Positions 62,288 to 64,000 of a DNA stretch of 64,000 bases are shown here, in pieces. Position numbers and translations under genes: made by a program. The stretch's first letter is position 1. Each line of letters starts with the position of its first letter. The stretch comes from Asterias rubens. Lineage: Eukaryota. The stretch lies in NCBI RefSeq assembly GCF_902459465.1, contig NC_047070.1, positions 18,600,001 to 18,664,000 on the forward strand, given 5' to 3'. Below the pieces are notes generated by a model. It was not told the DNA's origin and did no database searches. It saw only the letters and a program-made list of their open reading frames with translations.

Positions 62288-62661
62288 TTAAAGATGCTAT
62301 GTCAGATTTTTGGCCCAAACATTAAAAAATAGATTTTTTTGAGTGAATGGTATTTCAAAGAGTATCACCCGCTCTGACGAAAAAAACTTTAACTTTAACT
62401 TTTAATGGTCAGGAACCATGACAAAAATTTAAAACGTTTCTTATAAAACACATAAGAATTGGTCACGTGATATATTGTCGGGATCCCGACAAAAACTAAT
62501 TTTGAGCACTTTATTTCACTGCTACTAATAATTGGCGGACTTTGTCAAACAATGGCTCAAATAAAAGCTTGTAACTTTCTCGACCCCATCAAAATACCTA
62601 TTGAATTTTAAATCCAAATTTTTGGGTCAAATCGGCCAAAAATCTGACATAGCATCTTTAA
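62288..62661. mobile_element. Kolobok-like MITE family D, complete
   Basis: TTAA on both sides (62288-91, 62658-61); perfect 24-bp TIR AGATGCTATGTCAGATTTTTGGCC. Confidence 0.92.
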
Positions 62662-63028
62662 TGTGAACTTGTACAAAAAAGTATATGCTTATATCAGTTA
62701 GATTAAATTGCAAAAAACTTAATAATATTCAAAAATTGTAACGCTTTATTCGATGTGCTAAAAAATATCATTTTGAAATTTGAATAATGTAAAATATGTA
62801 AACAATTAATAACTGTAATCATTTTTAAATGCATGAGCTGGCTTTTTTAGTTTTTAATTAAAAATTTATATGAGTAAAATATGTTTCTGATTTGTTTTTC
62901 TTTGAACCCTACACAAAGGGTTCACTCTCTACAACAGCAGATAATTTTAAATTTTATAATCATTACATGGGGATGCAACATTTAAGTGAAACTATGTTGA
63001 TAACTTATTTTACTTTGTTTTATTTTGT

Positions 63029-63393
63029 AGGAACACGTTGCCTTGGATCGGTCGAGTTGGTCTTTGAAAAGTGTTTGTAACCGTTTGTATAAAAATTGCA
63101 TATGGGTAGAAAGATGTTGTAAAAGTAGAATACAATGATCCACACAAACATGCCTCGACATTGCACGGTTTTCCTTTTTCCTCGTCGACTAACACGGTCG
63201 GCCATTTATGGGATTCAAATGTTTGACTCCCATAAATGGCCGACCGTGTTAGTTCGCAAAGTAAAAGGAAAACCACGCAATTTCGAGGCAAATTTGTGTG
63301 AATCATTATACTCTACTATGCATTTTATAACAAACGGTTACAAACACTTTTTATAGACCAACTCGTCCGATCCAAGGCAACGTGTCCCTTTAA
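63029..63393. mobile_element. Kolobok-like MITE family C, second copy
   Basis: TIR AGGAACACGTTGCCTTGGATCGG; right TTAA at 63390-3, left target site altered; central palindrome with mismatches. Confidence 0.9.
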
Positions 63394-64000
63394 TGTCAGT
63401 TTGTGAAGGACATATTGTACAGATTATTATGGCTCATTATTTCATGGTCCGCGACCGATGATTCGACGGTAGAGCGCCCTCATTTGCATAAATATATTAT
63501 TTCAACCGGTTTAGTTATGTTTTCGATGTATGTGAAACCAATACCTTTCCTTATTATTGAGGATATGGGACCAGACAACTTGAACAAACAGCACATTTAC
63601 TGACCTAATTTCCCCTTCACTGATCTGGGTTCTAATTTTTAATATGTTTTACGATTGTATAAGGAATAAAAGAGCGGCGACGAGGTTTTATAACCGGCAG
63701 GACCATGGCCTTGTAATAAAGGACTTTTCCAGATTATATTTGTCTAATATTATATATATTTTGTATACTTAGAGCTGATTAGGTACAGATTGGTTTGCAA
63801 GTTCTTTCTGAAAGGGGACGGACATGTTATACCAGATCGTGTATCCATTTCAAATCCCACCATCGAGAAAATTGCCCCTCAAGACACATGTTCCCTTTTC
63901 AATTGTCTAAATCAGAGTCTACTCGAATAGACGTGCACAAAATCTCTAAGTAACATGAAACTTTGCCCAAAATGTGATCCTGATTAGGACAAAATAGGAG

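Noticed and set aside
63010-63356. Overlapping ORFs (MIHTN.PR.C.VFL)
   Set aside because: Symmetric products of the palindromic MITE family C.

Overview
AT-rich animal genomic DNA with GT-AG introns. The repeat content (tRNA-SINEs including a Deu-type core, TTAA-flanked MITEs, L2 and RTE relics) and the genes suggest an invertebrate deuterostome, probably an echinoderm; this is inference, not provable here. Two protein-coding loci are well supported. (1) A D1-like (Dop1/DRD1) dopamine receptor on the minus strand, coding region unbroken at 38120-39403, with candidate upstream exons and a possible spliced N-terminal extension. (2) A hand-assembled 8-coding-exon plus-strand gene (55765-60826, 698 aa) for a secreted protein: signal peptide, six phase-1 single-exon EGF domains, then five copies of an unfamiliar 10-cysteine extended-EGF module, four of them a 252-bp coding tandem array. 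The two genes appear to lie head to head. The rest is mostly non-coding: at least four families of TTAA-flanked Kolobok-like MITEs, other palindromic MITEs, several SINE families and decayed LINEs. Most notable non-coding items are two minimal hammerhead-ribozyme motifs in a Penelope-like repeat and a ~101-bp tandem array built from SINE B-box fragments. Weak orphan exons at 1.7-5.7 kb may be the end of a third gene. Most short ORFs in the track are repeat-derived or antisense shadows. All alignments and folds were done by eye.
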